From assembly GCF_006345805.1 (NCBI RefSeq), contig NC_043001.1:4216001-4280000 (forward strand): a stretch of 64,000 nt of DNA, read 5' to 3'. This stretch comes from Octopus sinensis. Its lineage: Eukaryota. The notes beneath the pieces are model-generated. The model was not told where the DNA came from. It made no database searches and saw only the letters and a list, made by a program, of their open reading frames with translations. Of the stretch, positions 13,086-27,739 are shown piece by piece. Each line of letters opens with the position of its first letter. Position 1 is the stretch's first letter. The translations under genes and the position numbers were made by a program.

Positions 13086-13540
13086 AACAAACAAGATGAG
13101 GACAAATATCGTGAAATGTAAATAATGTAAATAACGTACTTTTTGGAAATATACTTTATAGTAAAAATGACAATTTCTATGAAGGCTACAGGCTTAATGA
13201 TAAATGTTCGGAAACGTTGCACTTAATCAAATCAGTTAAATTGTTGTCAGTCGCTCTGTTTAATCGACTTTGGAATAGTGGATGTGAAAATAGAGGTCGT
13301 TAAGAAACGAATACAGAACTATATAGAAGCATTTCTAGAAGGATACCGATTATACCCCCAATCTCAAAGATGGAATTAAGGTATTCTAAGACACATCGAA
13401 GGACACACATGTTTTAGGAAGTGTAATTCAATTCTAGGAACTATTTGGGTTCTTACATTATCGTTCAAAACATGATGAAAATAAAGCAGGCGTCGGTATA
13501 ATTTGAACTGTGATTATTATAGGAAAATATGTAAGTATAT

Positions 13541-13940
13541 AGGCAGAGGAGTGGCTGCGTGGTAAGCAGCTTGCTTACAAACAACATAGTTCCGGGTTCA
13601 GTCTCACTGCGTGACATTTTGGGCAGGTGTTTTCTACTATGGCCTTAGGTCAACTAAAACCTTGTGAGTGGATTTGGAACACGGAAACTGAAAGAAGCCC
13701 GTCGTGTATGTATATATGTGTGTGTGTGTAAGTGTGTGCGTGTGTATATGTTTGTGTTTCTGTGTTTGTTCTCCCAACATCGCTTGAAAGCCGATGCTTG
13801 TATGTTTGCGTCCCCGTAACTTAGCTGTTTGACAAAAGAGAACGATAGAATAAGTACTAAGCTTACAAACAGTAAGACTTACTCGACTAAAGGCGGTGTT
13901 CCAGCATGGCCGCAGTCAAATTACTGAAAAAATTAAAGGA
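13541..13940 (+). mobile_element. CORE-type SINE (OR-like), full length, diverged
   Basis: Head, internal (TG)n and tail ccagcatggccgcagtcaaa. Confidence 0.85.
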
Positions 13941-15879
13941 ATAAACGATTACATTTAAAGTGAATGCCATATCTCAGCTGACAAAAATGCTTTTTTGGGG
14001 GCTGAAATCGTTTGAGAACTAAAGCACGTATAAAGACTTAAAGCAATCAGAACAATGAGGCATTTTATCTCAGAACATGAATGGTTGTTATTGGGGAACT
14101 TGTAATAATATGAAACGAAGTACACAATCTGTAGACCGTATGTGCAGAGAAGTATTTATACATAAATGTATGTACATTAAATGTATAGATGCCTGTCTGT
14201 TAATGTGCGTTTGTATCTCTGTGTGAGTGTGTTGTCATATATTTTCCATTATTTGAAAACTCTTTGAGGAAGGATCTGGCACCTAACAAGCGTGCAGTTT
14301 TTCATAATTGGAATGTAGATAACGTAAACAAATTCACATTTGCGAAATGAAAAATTAATCTTGCAATGTATGATGTACCTGGCTGAATTGAATACGTATC
14401 CAGAGAACAGTAGGTTATCCATCTTGTCACGCATTTAAGAAGTAATCCTACTGAAACAATTCATTTCAGACTCTGCACAGAGAGGCTGGCCATTTCGAAA
14501 TGCCATTTCGCTCCGCTTCTGGAAAAGAGAAAACAGAGCTAAATAACAAACCTAAAGTTTACGTAATACACCTACTCGTAAAACTATCTTCACACAAACA
14601 CCCATACAGTCAGACACAAACACACACACACACGGATATCCACGAAAGAAACATACGCATCCACTTGCATATATATACTGAGTTTATATAGATAAACTGA
14701 GAGACAGACAGAAATATGTAGATAGATAGATAGTTTTTATCCTAAATATGAAAGGGCAGTTGTTAGAATAAAATCTAGTAACACATGTTCCACAGTGAAA
14801 TATAAATCTATGAACGCCCATGATGTAAAATAAGTAGCAGTGACTTTCATTCAATTTCCTACTGTACTATTTTCGGAAAGAGACTTTTCTCAGTGTTAAA
14901 TAAAAAGAGATTTTTGTTTAGATTTCATCATTCCAGTAGCTTGTCTGTTACTCTTCATTGCATTCAACTTCACTTTGTTTTTGTATTTATACTTTGACAA
15001 AAGGCCAAAGTATTTAATCTGATAATCGTTTTTCCTGCTACTACTAATTTTATCCAACTCCAAACAGCGATAATTTTAGTTGCCAATGGCTGAATTTGAA
15101 CTTACATAGCAAAGAGAAACAATTTAATATCACAAGGCATTAAGTACAACGCAATGCCGTTTCTGACATCAATGTGAACAATATGACTGACGGTAACAAT
15201 AGCGAAATATATTATTAATTTAAAAATAAAATCTCTATATTTTATTTGCTGGCAGCTACTACATTTCTAAGCAGGCCGGATTTCAGGTCAAACACTATTT
15301 TCAATTATACTGGCGATTCCCCTTTAAGAAAAAAAACGTTCATTTGGTATTTGCCCACGCCCCTTTCAAAAACTGTTTTCACCTGATAGGCCTGCAGCGA
15401 GCACGTTCATTTTCAACAAGTTAACATTTGTCTGGATGGCAATGAAACATTTCCAATGATTCGTATTGCATGAGCAAAAGTATATAAACACAGGAATTTA
15501 TGGAAAAAAAAAGAAAGAGAAAGGAAAGGAAGAACGAAAAGAGAAAGCAAAACAGAAAAAAAAACCCATAAAACAACAAAAACTATTTGAACTAACGTGA
15601 TGAATTGTCTTCCGGAAACTAATGACTAGCTGTGACAAAATTACTTTATAACATAAGCTGCTCCGTTCCAGTCGACTGGCTGCTCGTACAAAAGCTTTGC
15701 TTGTGTAGTTATTCCCTACAGTGGATCTACTGTGCCACCTAATGTAACTTCCGGTTTTGTATTATTAGTCTGCTAATGAAGCATAATATCATGTATGTTT
15801 TTAATATTGCACTTTCCTTTCCATTCACATTGTTGTCGGTTTTGTTGTTATTAATATTAATATTTTTGATATTTGACGT

Positions 15880-16407
<528 letters not shown>

Positions 16408-16713
16408 CACATGATGAAAGGGTGAGTAAATTTGATATAAATGGTTGTTAGAATCACAAAGCAGGAGCACCTTTTCCGACCTAAAAACAGGAAATATATT
16501 TGGGATAGTTTTTATTCACATTTGCCTTTCCATATTCATTTACTTTTTGTTATTATTTGTCAATTCATTCGGTTTCATTTTATTATATTTCTTTAAGTTT
16601 CTTTTATTACTCCTTTTTTTATTTATTTTCGTGGGGCGCGTGTGTTTATATGTATGGCTGTTATTAATCATATAGTCTTCCCTGTCGCTTTTTTTCTTTC
16701 TTTTCTTTTTCAG

Positions 16714-16743
16714 TGCGGTCCTCGGAGGAAGATGAGGCTAAAG
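16714..16743 (+). CDS. Candidate 30-nt exon
   Basis: Very strong polypyrimidine acceptor (tttttctttcttttctttttcag), purine-rich body and donor AAG|gtagca. Reads xRSSEEDEAK in phase 1-1 or CGPRRKMRLK in phase 0-0. Confidence 0.3.
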
Positions 16744-17134
16744 GTAGCAATGAGGTTAGATTGTGTGAATGGCTGAGGGGATATTTCAATTGTTACCGTT
16801 GGCCAACATACTAATTTCTCTCGTTTTTTTTTTCTATTTCGTATACGAGCAACTCTCATGTTAACTGCATATGTTTTTGACATGCGAAATTGTGGTGCTT
16901 CGAGGAGAAGAAATAAAAATAGAATTACTATAACTTCTCAATGATAACTGCATTTGTTCATAACAAGCAGACAAACAACAGCTTCGCTATTCTGTGAAAA
17001 GAGAGGAAAATATAATGCGTATCATCACCATTAATATCATCATCAACGAATTATTACTATTACAATTATTATTTTTGTTATTGTTGGTATTACTATATGC
17101 ACCCCTCATTCGTCACCTTGCAAGCAAATAAAAG

Positions 17135-17158
17135 AAATTATTATTATTATTATTATTA

Positions 17159-17225
<67 letters not shown>

Positions 17226-17270
17226 CATTATTTATTATTATTATTATTGTCATTATTATTATTATTATTA

Positions 17271-17322
<52 letters not shown>
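17135..17322. repeat. (TAT)n microsatellite
   Basis: Direct reading. Confidence 0.97.
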
Positions 17323-17432
17323 TGGGCGGTGCATTGAAAGAATCTTTGGAGCGTTGTCAAAAATAATTCGCGGTATTTCTAGCAGTTTTTTTACACTTTT
17401 GGTTGGCAAAAGCCATTCAGATTAACTTTCTG

Positions 17433-17474
17433 TTTAAGGCATGTGATTCGCAACATCGCTGCTTCATCAGAAAG
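17433..17474 (-). ncRNA. Degenerate hammerhead-like motif
   Basis: Minus strand reads TTT-CTGATGA-A-GCAGC-gat-GTTGC-GAA-T...; the core and stem II are intact, while A15.1 and stem III are broken. Confidence 0.3.
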
Positions 17475-18716
17475 CACAGTGAGTAGCATCTCTTTTGACT
17501 GTTTAGATAGTAGGTTCAAATGCTGCTGAAGTCGACTCAGCCATTTAGCACTTCGAGTTCGATAAATTAAGCATCAGTTGGGTTCTGTTGTCCATTTAAT
17601 TGTCATACACCCTCCCAACTAAGTTCCAGCCCGTGTCTAATGTAGAAGCAAGCAGTCTGCTTGCTTATTCGCTTTCGTTTAATGTATCCAGGATGTACCC
17701 GAGTCTCAATCAGAAGCGTGGAGTTTGGTGGGTAACTGCATTTTACATTCAATAATGCAAACTGGTTGAGTGCCCAGAAAAAAATGCGTTGTATATAAAA
17801 GAGCCATTTTCATTGAATCTTTCATACAACTGAATGAATAAGACTGTATATACAAAAACAAGCAATTATAAATATGTGTGCATGACCTATATGTGTGGTC
17901 ATTTGCAACAGACTTATTTGGAGAGTGGCTCAGAAACAATATACATACATGTATAACATATTATGCTTTACGTATAATATATAAAATATATACCAAACAG
18001 ATAACAGTAATTATTAAAATATATAACGTCAAGCATAGAAGGTACAATAATATCTTACAGCTGTTTCAGCCAAGAGGCCATAGTACGCCACTTTAATTCC
18101 ATCCCTCCGGCGAACTGAAGATAAGATTGAGGTACTTGGATGTGCCTCTGGGCTTTGTCAGAGAGGTTAAAAAGTACAAAAGGTTAATTTATAAATATAA
18201 ATACTTACATATATACACACTTTTACATATACATACATTTATATAGATATATATATATATAAATACATATCTATACATTGATATGTATATGCATACAAAA
18301 GAATCAATTATGGTTATAAATATTAAGTGTATTATATTATTCTTATTAGATAAAGAATACACAGAGGAAAGAACAATTATCAAAAGAGAAATAAAAGTGG
18401 AAATTAAGATTATTGTAGTTATGTAGGAACGAAAATGTGTAAATGTGTGTATGAGAAATACATACAAACATATACACGTATATATATACATATATATATA
18501 AACATATACACGTATATATATACATATATATATACATATATATATATACATATACATATACATATATATACATATACATATACACGTATATACACACACG
18601 TATATATACGCGCACACACACGCATATATATGTTTATGTAAAAAATACCCGTAGGTTGAGAAGTGAGGATTACTGTAGTAGTTCGTATTTTTCTTTTTAT
18701 ATGATAATTATACAAA

Positions 18717-18754
<38 letters not shown>

Positions 18755-19056
18755 GTACATATAAACATGTTATGTGTTTTCTATTTTGGCTTGAGGTAAC
18801 GGTCCACAACAAGTGGGTAAGAATTTATATAAATACCTGTGATATTAGTTGGTACTAATAAATTTCCGGGTATTAGTCATGATACTTTATTATTTTCCGT
18901 TACTCTTTGCTTATCGTGTAGCTGAAATCCTGCGTGAAGTGGAGAGCGAGTTATGGTCAGTCCCGTAATCTAATTGGTCGTCTATTGTTTTGAAAGGCCA
19001 TGGATTTGTTATGGTTTCGTTAATAGACAACCGATAAGATAAACAACAATTTAGGG

Positions 19057-19092
<36 letters not shown>

Positions 19093-19387
19093 GCGCGCAG
19101 ATATATAAATATATATAATGCCTAAAAGTTGATAAATACCAACTCTTGTTCCCCTCCATTTTCTTATTTACGTATATATTAAGGGTAAAACAAATTTTTG
19201 CCCTCACCCATTTATTACATTCTATAGTGTAATTGCCATGCAAGTATATTCGATAGACATTCTGTAGTATATTGGATAGATATTATCCATTAGTTGCTTG
19301 GATTCACCACTCCAAACTCTCATAGAATGTTTATATATATATATATATATATGTATACATATATGAGTTATATATACATATGTGTGT

Positions 19388-19461
<74 letters not shown>

Positions 19462-19503
19462 ATATATATATAAGCGAGAAAGAAGCAACAAGAATGGATA
19501 GGT

Positions 19504-19594
19504 TTTTAGTACGATCGTTTCATACAAGGACAGGTTTTATTAAAAGTTGCAAAGATTACAGCATATAAACGAGTCCCGTACTCATCAGCTAAAA
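19504..19594 (-). ncRNA. Mirror copy of the family A hammerhead
   Basis: Exact reverse complement of 19777-19867. Confidence 0.85.
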
Positions 19595-19776
19595 TACATG
19601 TAAGTTCTCTAGACATCCTAGTGTTTGAGGCTATACTCATGAAGTAATGTAGATAATTAAACAGATTTCTAAAGTTCATTAAAGAACTTTAATGAACTTT
19701 AGAAATCTGTTTAATTATCTACATTACTTCATGAGTATAGCCTCAAACACTAGGATGTCTAGAGAACTTACATGTA

Positions 19777-19867
19777 TTTTAGCTGATGAGTACGGGACTC
19801 GTTTATATGCTGTAATCTTTGCAACTTTTAATAAAACCTGTCCTTGTATGAAACGATCGTACTAAAA
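19777..19867 (+). ncRNA. Type I hammerhead ribozyme, canonical core, family A
   Basis: Stem I TTTTAG (19777-82)/CTAAAA (19862-67); CTGATGA 19783-89; stem II GTACGGGAC/GTCCTTGTAT with an extended apical region; GAA then palindromic stem III ACGATCGT (19853-60); GUA triplet with predicted cleavage after 19861. Confidence 0.85.
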
Positions 19868-20014
19868 ACCTATCCATTCTTGTTGCTTCTTTCTCGCTTA
19901 TAATCACCCCACATTACTGTATTGTTAAATCAGTATAGTTTTTTTTGGTGCATCTAAGTTAAGTACCATATTCAAGTAAATTTTTTTAAATTAACTTGAA
20001 TCTTTATTGCTCTT

Positions 20015-20052
<38 letters not shown>

Positions 20053-21215
20053 TGTGTGTATGTGCGTATATGCACATACAGACATGTGTGTGTGTGTGTA
20101 TATTTATAATTTACTCGTTTCAGTAGTTACAATGTGATAGCATCTCGAAGCATTTTAGTCGAACGTGACAACGACAGCACTTACACTCTTTTCTCAGCCA
20201 CAAGTTTACAGAGGCGAAAAGCAATGGTGGTGAACTAACACAGAACGATCAGCACAAACGTGCGCACACGCACACACACACATTAACGCATTCGCGGACA
20301 CACTCGCACGTGTACTCCCGCACACGCGCAAGCTTTCACGCACGCACGCAGGTAGTTACGCAGGTTGTTACCCACGCAGGAATAAACGAACTCATGCACG
20401 CAAGACTACAGGCACAAATGCACTCATCCATGTATACGACGAGCTTCTTTCGCTGCCTCTATAACATTGATTTGGTTGACACGAATCTAGCTTGCCCAAC
20501 GTGCTTCGCAATGAAACTGAACTCAGAACTGTGTATTTGGGAAGCATTCTGCTAACCACACAGCTACGCCTGCATCTACATAAAAATATATCCATTTACG
20601 TTTATATCACTAGTAACGAAGACATACTATATAGTGCATTACTATCATCGAAGTGTCTCTGTCATCTTCCTATCTATAGTGTCTGTGTGTTTAAGCATAT
20701 GCGTTCGTGTTAACTGATTTCAAACCTCCATAATGACACTAATCAGATTCAATATGTTTATGTGCCGTGCTATAGGACTTCAATGTAGTAAAACCGCTGT
20801 TCAAATATGAAATCCTTTATTTACCTCCTGGTGGAATAGAAAAAACCGTAAGAGGAAAGGGAATCATATTGAAGAAAATTGACATAGAACATTTTTGGGA
20901 TTTCATCGATTAACAAGCCTATAAGTTATGATAGAAAGCCTATAAGTTATGAAAGAAAATGTATCCAGCTTAATAGCGATGAAAATTATCGATATGATAT
21001 GAATCAACAGCAAATGAATTGTATACATAATTCTGATGAGTTGAGTTCCATACTGTATGAATAAATTGTTGTGAGAAATATTCATGAGATCAAATTTTAA
21101 AAAGAGAATACATTTAATTTGTTATAAAGGTAGGAGTTGCTCACTGCAGTTTTCTTGTTTGTAATTATATATTTACACAGGCACACACACACAGACACAC
21201 TCTCACACACACACA

Positions 21216-21268
<53 letters not shown>

Positions 21269-22176
21269 GCACGCACATACGCATATATTCATTTTGCCTT
21301 AAAATGCATGTTGTAGAATTCTGTCGATGGAATATACGCAGAACTGTATTTAATTTTTCTTTAGACATAAGTTTACATTTATGATAGCCAGGTGTCGAAA
21401 ACTTCTAATTGTTGATTTCAGTAGAAACGATACAGGTTTTAATTAAATATGTATTGAATTTGCGATATTTCCTAATGGAGGTACTTGTGTTTCTTTACAA
21501 TTAATACATTGTGATCATGCTCTTATCTACTTCCAGGCAGGTTTCTTCCTTCTAGCATTGGTTCATGAAATCTTCTGTACGTTGTTGGAATTTCAAAACG
21601 CTCGGGAGAGGATTTGCGGAATAATATTGCCTAAAGCAGATCATTTATAGAAATGTTGCTGTGACAATTTCTTTGTGAGATTTTGGTTCCTATCAATTAC
21701 GTAATTCTCTTCTTCGTGATATCGTTACAATCGAAAATAAAATGTAAGTTACTTCTATGTGAAACATTAATATTATTGCTGCGTAAAAATATGGGAAATT
21801 TTACCAGATACAAAGAGCATTAATAATTTAAGTACTGATGGATGTAGTCATATTTTGAAACTAAAATAATAAAAAAAAAGATCTTTGCTATTAGCATGCG
21901 TGGATTTATGATTTAAAATATCTCTCAACACTAGAAATATCAAACGTGCAAAGTACTAAGTTGTAAGAAGAATGTTTATGGTAGTAGAATGCAACAACCC
22001 CAAACAGAAAAGAGCAGGAAATGGCAATGTAAAATTATGACCAGTAACTGAAATATCCACACCACCAAAAACAATCATATATATTTTGCAAACGCTACTA
22101 ATCTTTGTTAAATAAGAAAAAATGTCATAGAAAGTTATGATTTATTGAACATTAACAGAGTCATTCGTCTTCCAGG

Positions 22177-22578
22177 AGAAAGATAGCTAAACATGCTTAT
22201 GAAAGTTGTCTCCCATGTGCTACCATCGATGAGTCTGTGGAATTATTTAGAAGTAGGTCATGTGTTCAATCAACTTGTATGAAGCGTCTGGGAGAATTTC
22301 TATGGACTTTAAATCTGAGAAACAGATGCAGGAGAGGAGAAAAAATTTATACTCCACAATATTACACACACTGTGATGACACTGTATATAATCTCAAGAA
22401 TATAACGATCGAAGATAACTGCATAGTTGTAAACCTTGGCATGCTGTCACCTTTGTATATCTACGGTTCTGTGGTCTATGAGGAAAGCGACACTGATAAT
22501 ACGATCTTGCGTTGTGTCCATGAAGTCAGGGGCACACATTTCCACGTTGACCAAAAGCTATATTGGCGATGTAGCTAA
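22177..22578 (+). pseudogene. piggyBac-like transposase fossil (catalytic-core fragment)
   Basis: KHAYESCLPCATIDESVELFRSRS resembles the piggyBac AY-x5-TIDE-x4-FRGR motif around the first catalytic Asp, and NITIEDN resembles NIT-x-DN. No TIRs seen. Confidence 0.5.
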
Positions 22579-22637
22579 ATGAAATACTAGACAGGGAAAA
22601 TATTTTCTACTGTAGGCCTGAAATATTTAGAGTGGGT

Positions 22638-22940
22638 GGCCCAGTTAATTAGATCGAGTCCAGTACGCAACTGTTACTTAAGCATTTCGCCTGACGTGCT
22701 AATGTTTCTTATTTCTTTATTGCCCACAAGGAGCTACAGATAGAGGGCACGAACAAAGACAGACAAAGGGATTAAGTCGACCAATCGACCCCAGTGCGTA
22801 ACTGGTAATTAATTTATCAACCCCGAAAGATGAAAGGGAAAGTTGTCCTCGGCGAAATATGAACTCAGAACGTAAAGACAGACTAAATAGTGCTAAGAAT
22901 TTCGGCCGACGTGGTAACGTTTCAGCCACCTCGTTGCCTT
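22638..22940 (-). mobile_element. tRNA-derived SINE with Meta/MESC-like central domain
   Basis: Reverse complement of gaaacgttagcacg...gagttcaaattccgccgaggtcgactttgcctttcatcctttcggggtcgataaa. The domain name is assigned from memory of the motif. Confidence 0.8.
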
Positions 22941-23532
22941 AGTAGACACAGAAATTACGTGAAAGCTTAGAAACGAAGGTCACTATTGGTCTTTACGACA
23001 ACACGTGTAACATCTGAGCCTGTTGCGCAGAAAAGAACGAGAATATACAAAACGTAAATGAAAAGGTGAGAATGAGAGGCAGTAGCGCTTACTATGACTT
23101 GTGCCAGAATGAAAGATCATACGACAATTAGTGCAATTATTTCGATCGATGTATCAAAACCACTGCAGATCCCTCGTCGTACAGGAGCAGCCAAAAGGAA
23201 GTTTGCAATACCTGAAAAAAAAGGGAATTTTCGCTAACTAAAGGTCTCATCTCATCACATAGAGACAAAATAAAGAGTAAAATTGGGTGGAAGTGGGAAA
23301 GTCACGACGTGATTGGCGTAAAGCACGATACCAGAACCATTATAATGCAATAAATATTACCAATACGACACCAAGATTTGTAAGAGGTAGGCGTTAGTTT
23401 AACTTGCAGAAGAATTTTTAAATCTAATAAACGCTATTGAAGAATGATTAAATATTATAGATCCTTATAATTGTGCTGTTCTCTACAAAAGATGTATGTA
23501 GCTATGTATGTATCTATCTATCGAATTATCTA

Positions 23533-23627
<95 letters not shown>

Positions 23628-25952
23628 CTCAGCATCAATATCTGTCTATAGAATTACTGGTATCCTAAATTGATTTGCTTACGTTATCTTCTTACTAATG
23701 ACAAGCAAGATTATAGACAGAATTACTAACGTAACGTAATATATTAAATAGCTCTATTTACAATCTTGCTTAAAGTTTCCATTTGTTCCTGCACAATCCT
23801 ATACAATCTCCTGTTTCTATCTCCATAATATGAAATGATCATAATTAAAGAATTGAAATCGCCGGACAGTAATATGTAGAGAATAATCAGACTTAAAATG
23901 GAAAGCGCTTTGGCAGCGATATTGTTAGTGCTACAAAGATACACCATTGTGGGAATGTATTTCACAGGAACTATATTCTGAGTGAAGATTCCGTCTCGGC
24001 TTTGTTGTAATCGACTACTCCCTCACCGACCGAGTGAGACCTTGTCTCATGTTTGATATGAAGATCAATGTTTGAACAAAGACGGGGAGAAACAAACAAG
24101 ATAATTTATCTTATTATGTTACGTCCCGTCAGATCACGACTTAAAATCTCACAAACTATATTTCATTTTTCATACAAACTACTATAACGAGAGAGGCAAT
24201 GAATTAATGCATTTCATATAATTTGCCAAATATTCTTTTATATCAAGTACTTCAGATTAAATGCATTTGGAAAAATGAAAGCCCAAAATATACTAAAATA
24301 AGAAATATTCTAAATCACCACAGATTAAACAGTGGTGTGATTTAAAGCGTTTCAATTGTGAACTTAGGGATAGTTATATATAATTCAATTGTGCTTCCAT
24401 TATTACGTCATCCAACGTGTTCTTATGTGTTTCAGTCGCTTCACATTATATGCAGTCACACAAACGGTATGGATTTTCTAATGAGAATTTTATAATCGAA
24501 GAAAGTTACGTTCTGTGTATTTTCTTTAAAAGGAGTTCTGAGATCAGACTAAATCAGAAAGATCGCTCTTCTTACCACTCAGATGCCTCCTGTAAAATAA
24601 TAGATGTGCATGCGGGTGGCTTTTAGAAACCACAGATCTTCTACTGTTTATAGCTCGTGAGCTAACATAAGCAAGAACGCTGGAGGTATCCACTGCCAAA
24701 AGCTCAACCATAAACCTGTGAGGAAACATTCGATGCTTTGACAGTCATTTCTCCCCTCCCTCAGCTTCCCGTTACCGGCGCAAAGTTTGCTTTCCGCATG
24801 TACGATCCCCACGAGTCAGACTGGCTTTCCCGGAGCTTCAATCTCGCTTTTCTCGGGGTGTCACCTTTTCCAGTTTATCTGCTGGTACCATAAAAATGTC
24901 AGTATATTGTGAAAGGCAAGATTCTCCGCTAGTCCCAACAGATTTTAGTATTAACCTTTCTCGGTTTATGAGTAAACTCAAATTCATAGTACATTTATTT
25001 CTTGTCGGATTTATATTCGATGGCATTATCACTAATCCTGAAAAAAATGAACAATTACGACTTAGCGATTCCAACAATCAACGAGTAGACTCTGCATGGT
25101 TTTTTCTCTAGAAAAAGCAGTTTATCCCCTCAAACAAACACACTGATGTTTTAGGAAACAAGAAACGACACAGCGTTAAATTGTAGTTTGGGTTAGGGTT
25201 AAATATGCAATTATTATATGTGTAAGAATCTGGGGAATGATGTGGGTACCTTTTGATACCAATCTGCTTGCTCTCACTCCTGGTTCTCTGATACAGCATT
25301 CTTGTATTAAAATAATCTAAATTAATAGATTCCATCGGAATAGTGTCGTAATTTACGTTCTTAACAGCAGAGTAACAACGAATGGTTCGATTAAATTCCT
25401 TATTTTCAAAATAGATGAAGAATATGCTGAGTATTTCAACGGAAAATTTGCGGAAGTGGATGCGAATAAAATACGGTGCAAACTAAGAGTATTTATGGCA
25501 AACTCAGACAAGAAAACAACGAACTATAAAACTGTTAAAACAAAACAAAGTTAATCTATTGATATACAATAAATGATTTATCTAATTTGGTTGCTGAATT
25601 CAAACTTCATCAGAACTCTCGTTCTTTACTCTCGTTTTATTTCGGCGGAGAAAATACTAATTATGCCATCATTCATTTTAATTACTTCTTATATGAGAAA
25701 TAAGTAGAATCAAAGTACCGACGTCTGTTAAGTTTATTGCTTTCATTATCAACAAAAATCCTATGACATTATTGTTATGAGCGTAATCCACTGTATATTT
25801 ATTGTACAAAGTATAGCTTTATTGGTACCGATCTCTCTGAAGATATATATACGTGTGTGTGTGCATGTGTATACATTATATATATATATATATATATAAA
25901 CACTCATACACGCGCATATATGTATATACGTCTATATGTATATACGTTATAG

Positions 25953-25996
<44 letters not shown>

Positions 25997-26419
25997 ATAC
26001 ACGAATATATATACGTGTGTGTTATGTGTGAGCGCGTTTAGATTTTCTATGCAAGTTTCTTGATGTCAACTCTTGTTGAAATATGTTTTGTTGTCGCCCA
26101 GGCAGGTAATTACACCAGTATTAAACACATTCGCTGATTCAGTTAAACTATTTATTGTTATACGTCAATTGGTTAGCGATTTAACCAATTTAACCAAGAG
26201 GGAGAAGCAGAGAGAGAGAGAGAGAGAGAGAGTTGCCTTTGTACTCGGCTGATAATAATTTTGGGGTGAGTACCTTGCTCAAGATCTTAAAGTCCTGTTA
26301 AAGAAATGAACCCAATCAATATGATGGTAAATTGAACACCTTGCGCAGGAAAGTATTTGCTTATAGATATTGAAATACATATCCATATAATCAAGCACAT
26401 TCTAACATAGATGAATAGA

Positions 26420-26442
26420 TATGTAGGCAGGTTGATAGATAA

Positions 26443-26498
<56 letters not shown>

Positions 26499-26499
26499 C

Positions 26500-26530
<31 letters not shown>

Positions 26531-26574
26531 ATAGATAGATAGACAGAGAGAGATATAAAGATAGATAGATAGAT

Positions 26575-26625
<51 letters not shown>

Positions 26626-26796
26626 CAGACAGGTAGATAGATAGACAGAGAGGTAGATAAAGGGACATACAGTTAGATAGAATGACATACGGGTAGATAG
26701 ATTAATGAATGGATAGACAGACAGATAGAGATAGATAGATATATAGATAGACAGACAGACAGACAGGTAGATAGATAAATAAATGGACATATAGAC

Positions 26797-26883
<87 letters not shown>

Positions 26884-26885
26884 AA
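26420..26885. repeat. (AGAT)n microsatellite
   Basis: Direct reading. Confidence 0.97.
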
Positions 26886-27739
26886 TGATGAATGATTTAA
26901 GAAATAATTAATGAAAATAATTATTGAACAATATTTTCTGATTGCTTATTTTAAAATTCTCGCTCTACATGCGCAGAGAACTATCAGCAAGGGAAACGTA
27001 ACTTTAGCATAAGGAACGAGGAAACTTCTCATGGTTTGATTTATTGCCTATAAGACAAATTTTATTGCTCGGAATATATTATAATTCATTTATTCCTTTA
27101 ATTTATATATGTTTGATCTGCATTCAAAGTATGTTGCCACCCTGCCTTATGTGATAATTCTGCACTATTGCGTCAATAAGAGACGAGGCTTCAAATAGAG
27201 GGCTCCTAATTTATGTAATCTTCTCACGGTTCAACAGAAGTGGCGTTCAAATTAAAATGATGCATTGACAACATAAAATATTTTCCGATCATTATACTTG
27301 TGATATAGCTATGACCGACAGGATAACTGCTGATCTAGTAATATATTATCGTTATAGAAGCCTTACTAAGTTGACTTCTATCATTTGTACTTTTATTTTC
27401 TTCAGTGATTCGTTTAAATTAAAATCCTCTCAAAGACTATCATAAGAGTAACTAAAAAAAAAAAAAGAAACATTCTTGCAGGCCTTCAATATTGTAACTG
27501 GGATTTCTTTTAGATTGAATAGTGGTTTCTTTCACATGCAATATACTGCCTATTCGAACAGGAGTATATAAATTTAAGCACCACCAAGACACGACTGGTA
27601 TTTAACCATACTTATAATAAAATGCAAAGAAAAGTTAACCAATAATATACTAAGATTCTCATTATCACATACGAAACTACATTACGGACCAAGTTTTCTC
27701 TATAAATCTGAAACATATCGGCAGCTTCTATCTGGAAGT

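Larger units (their letters stand above)
11549..13135 (+). mobile_element. tRNA-headed SINE with hammerhead tail (family B), interrupted by a mariner
   Basis: Head with A-box tgcctagtggttaag and B-box gagttcgattcc (11551-11604), then an (AAT)n/(AAC)n linker. The tail resumes at 13002 and matches 29535-29690 and 61715-61830. Confidence 0.8.
19469..19902. repeat. Perfect palindrome: 216-bp arms with a 2-nt loop
   Basis: 19469-19684 is the exact reverse complement of 19687-19902 (checked block by block, no mismatch). Loop AA at 19685-19686; (TA)n on the left. Confidence 0.97.

Noticed and set aside
25185-25203. gggttagggtt as an interstitial telomere
   Set aside because: Fewer than two full repeats and no junction evidence.
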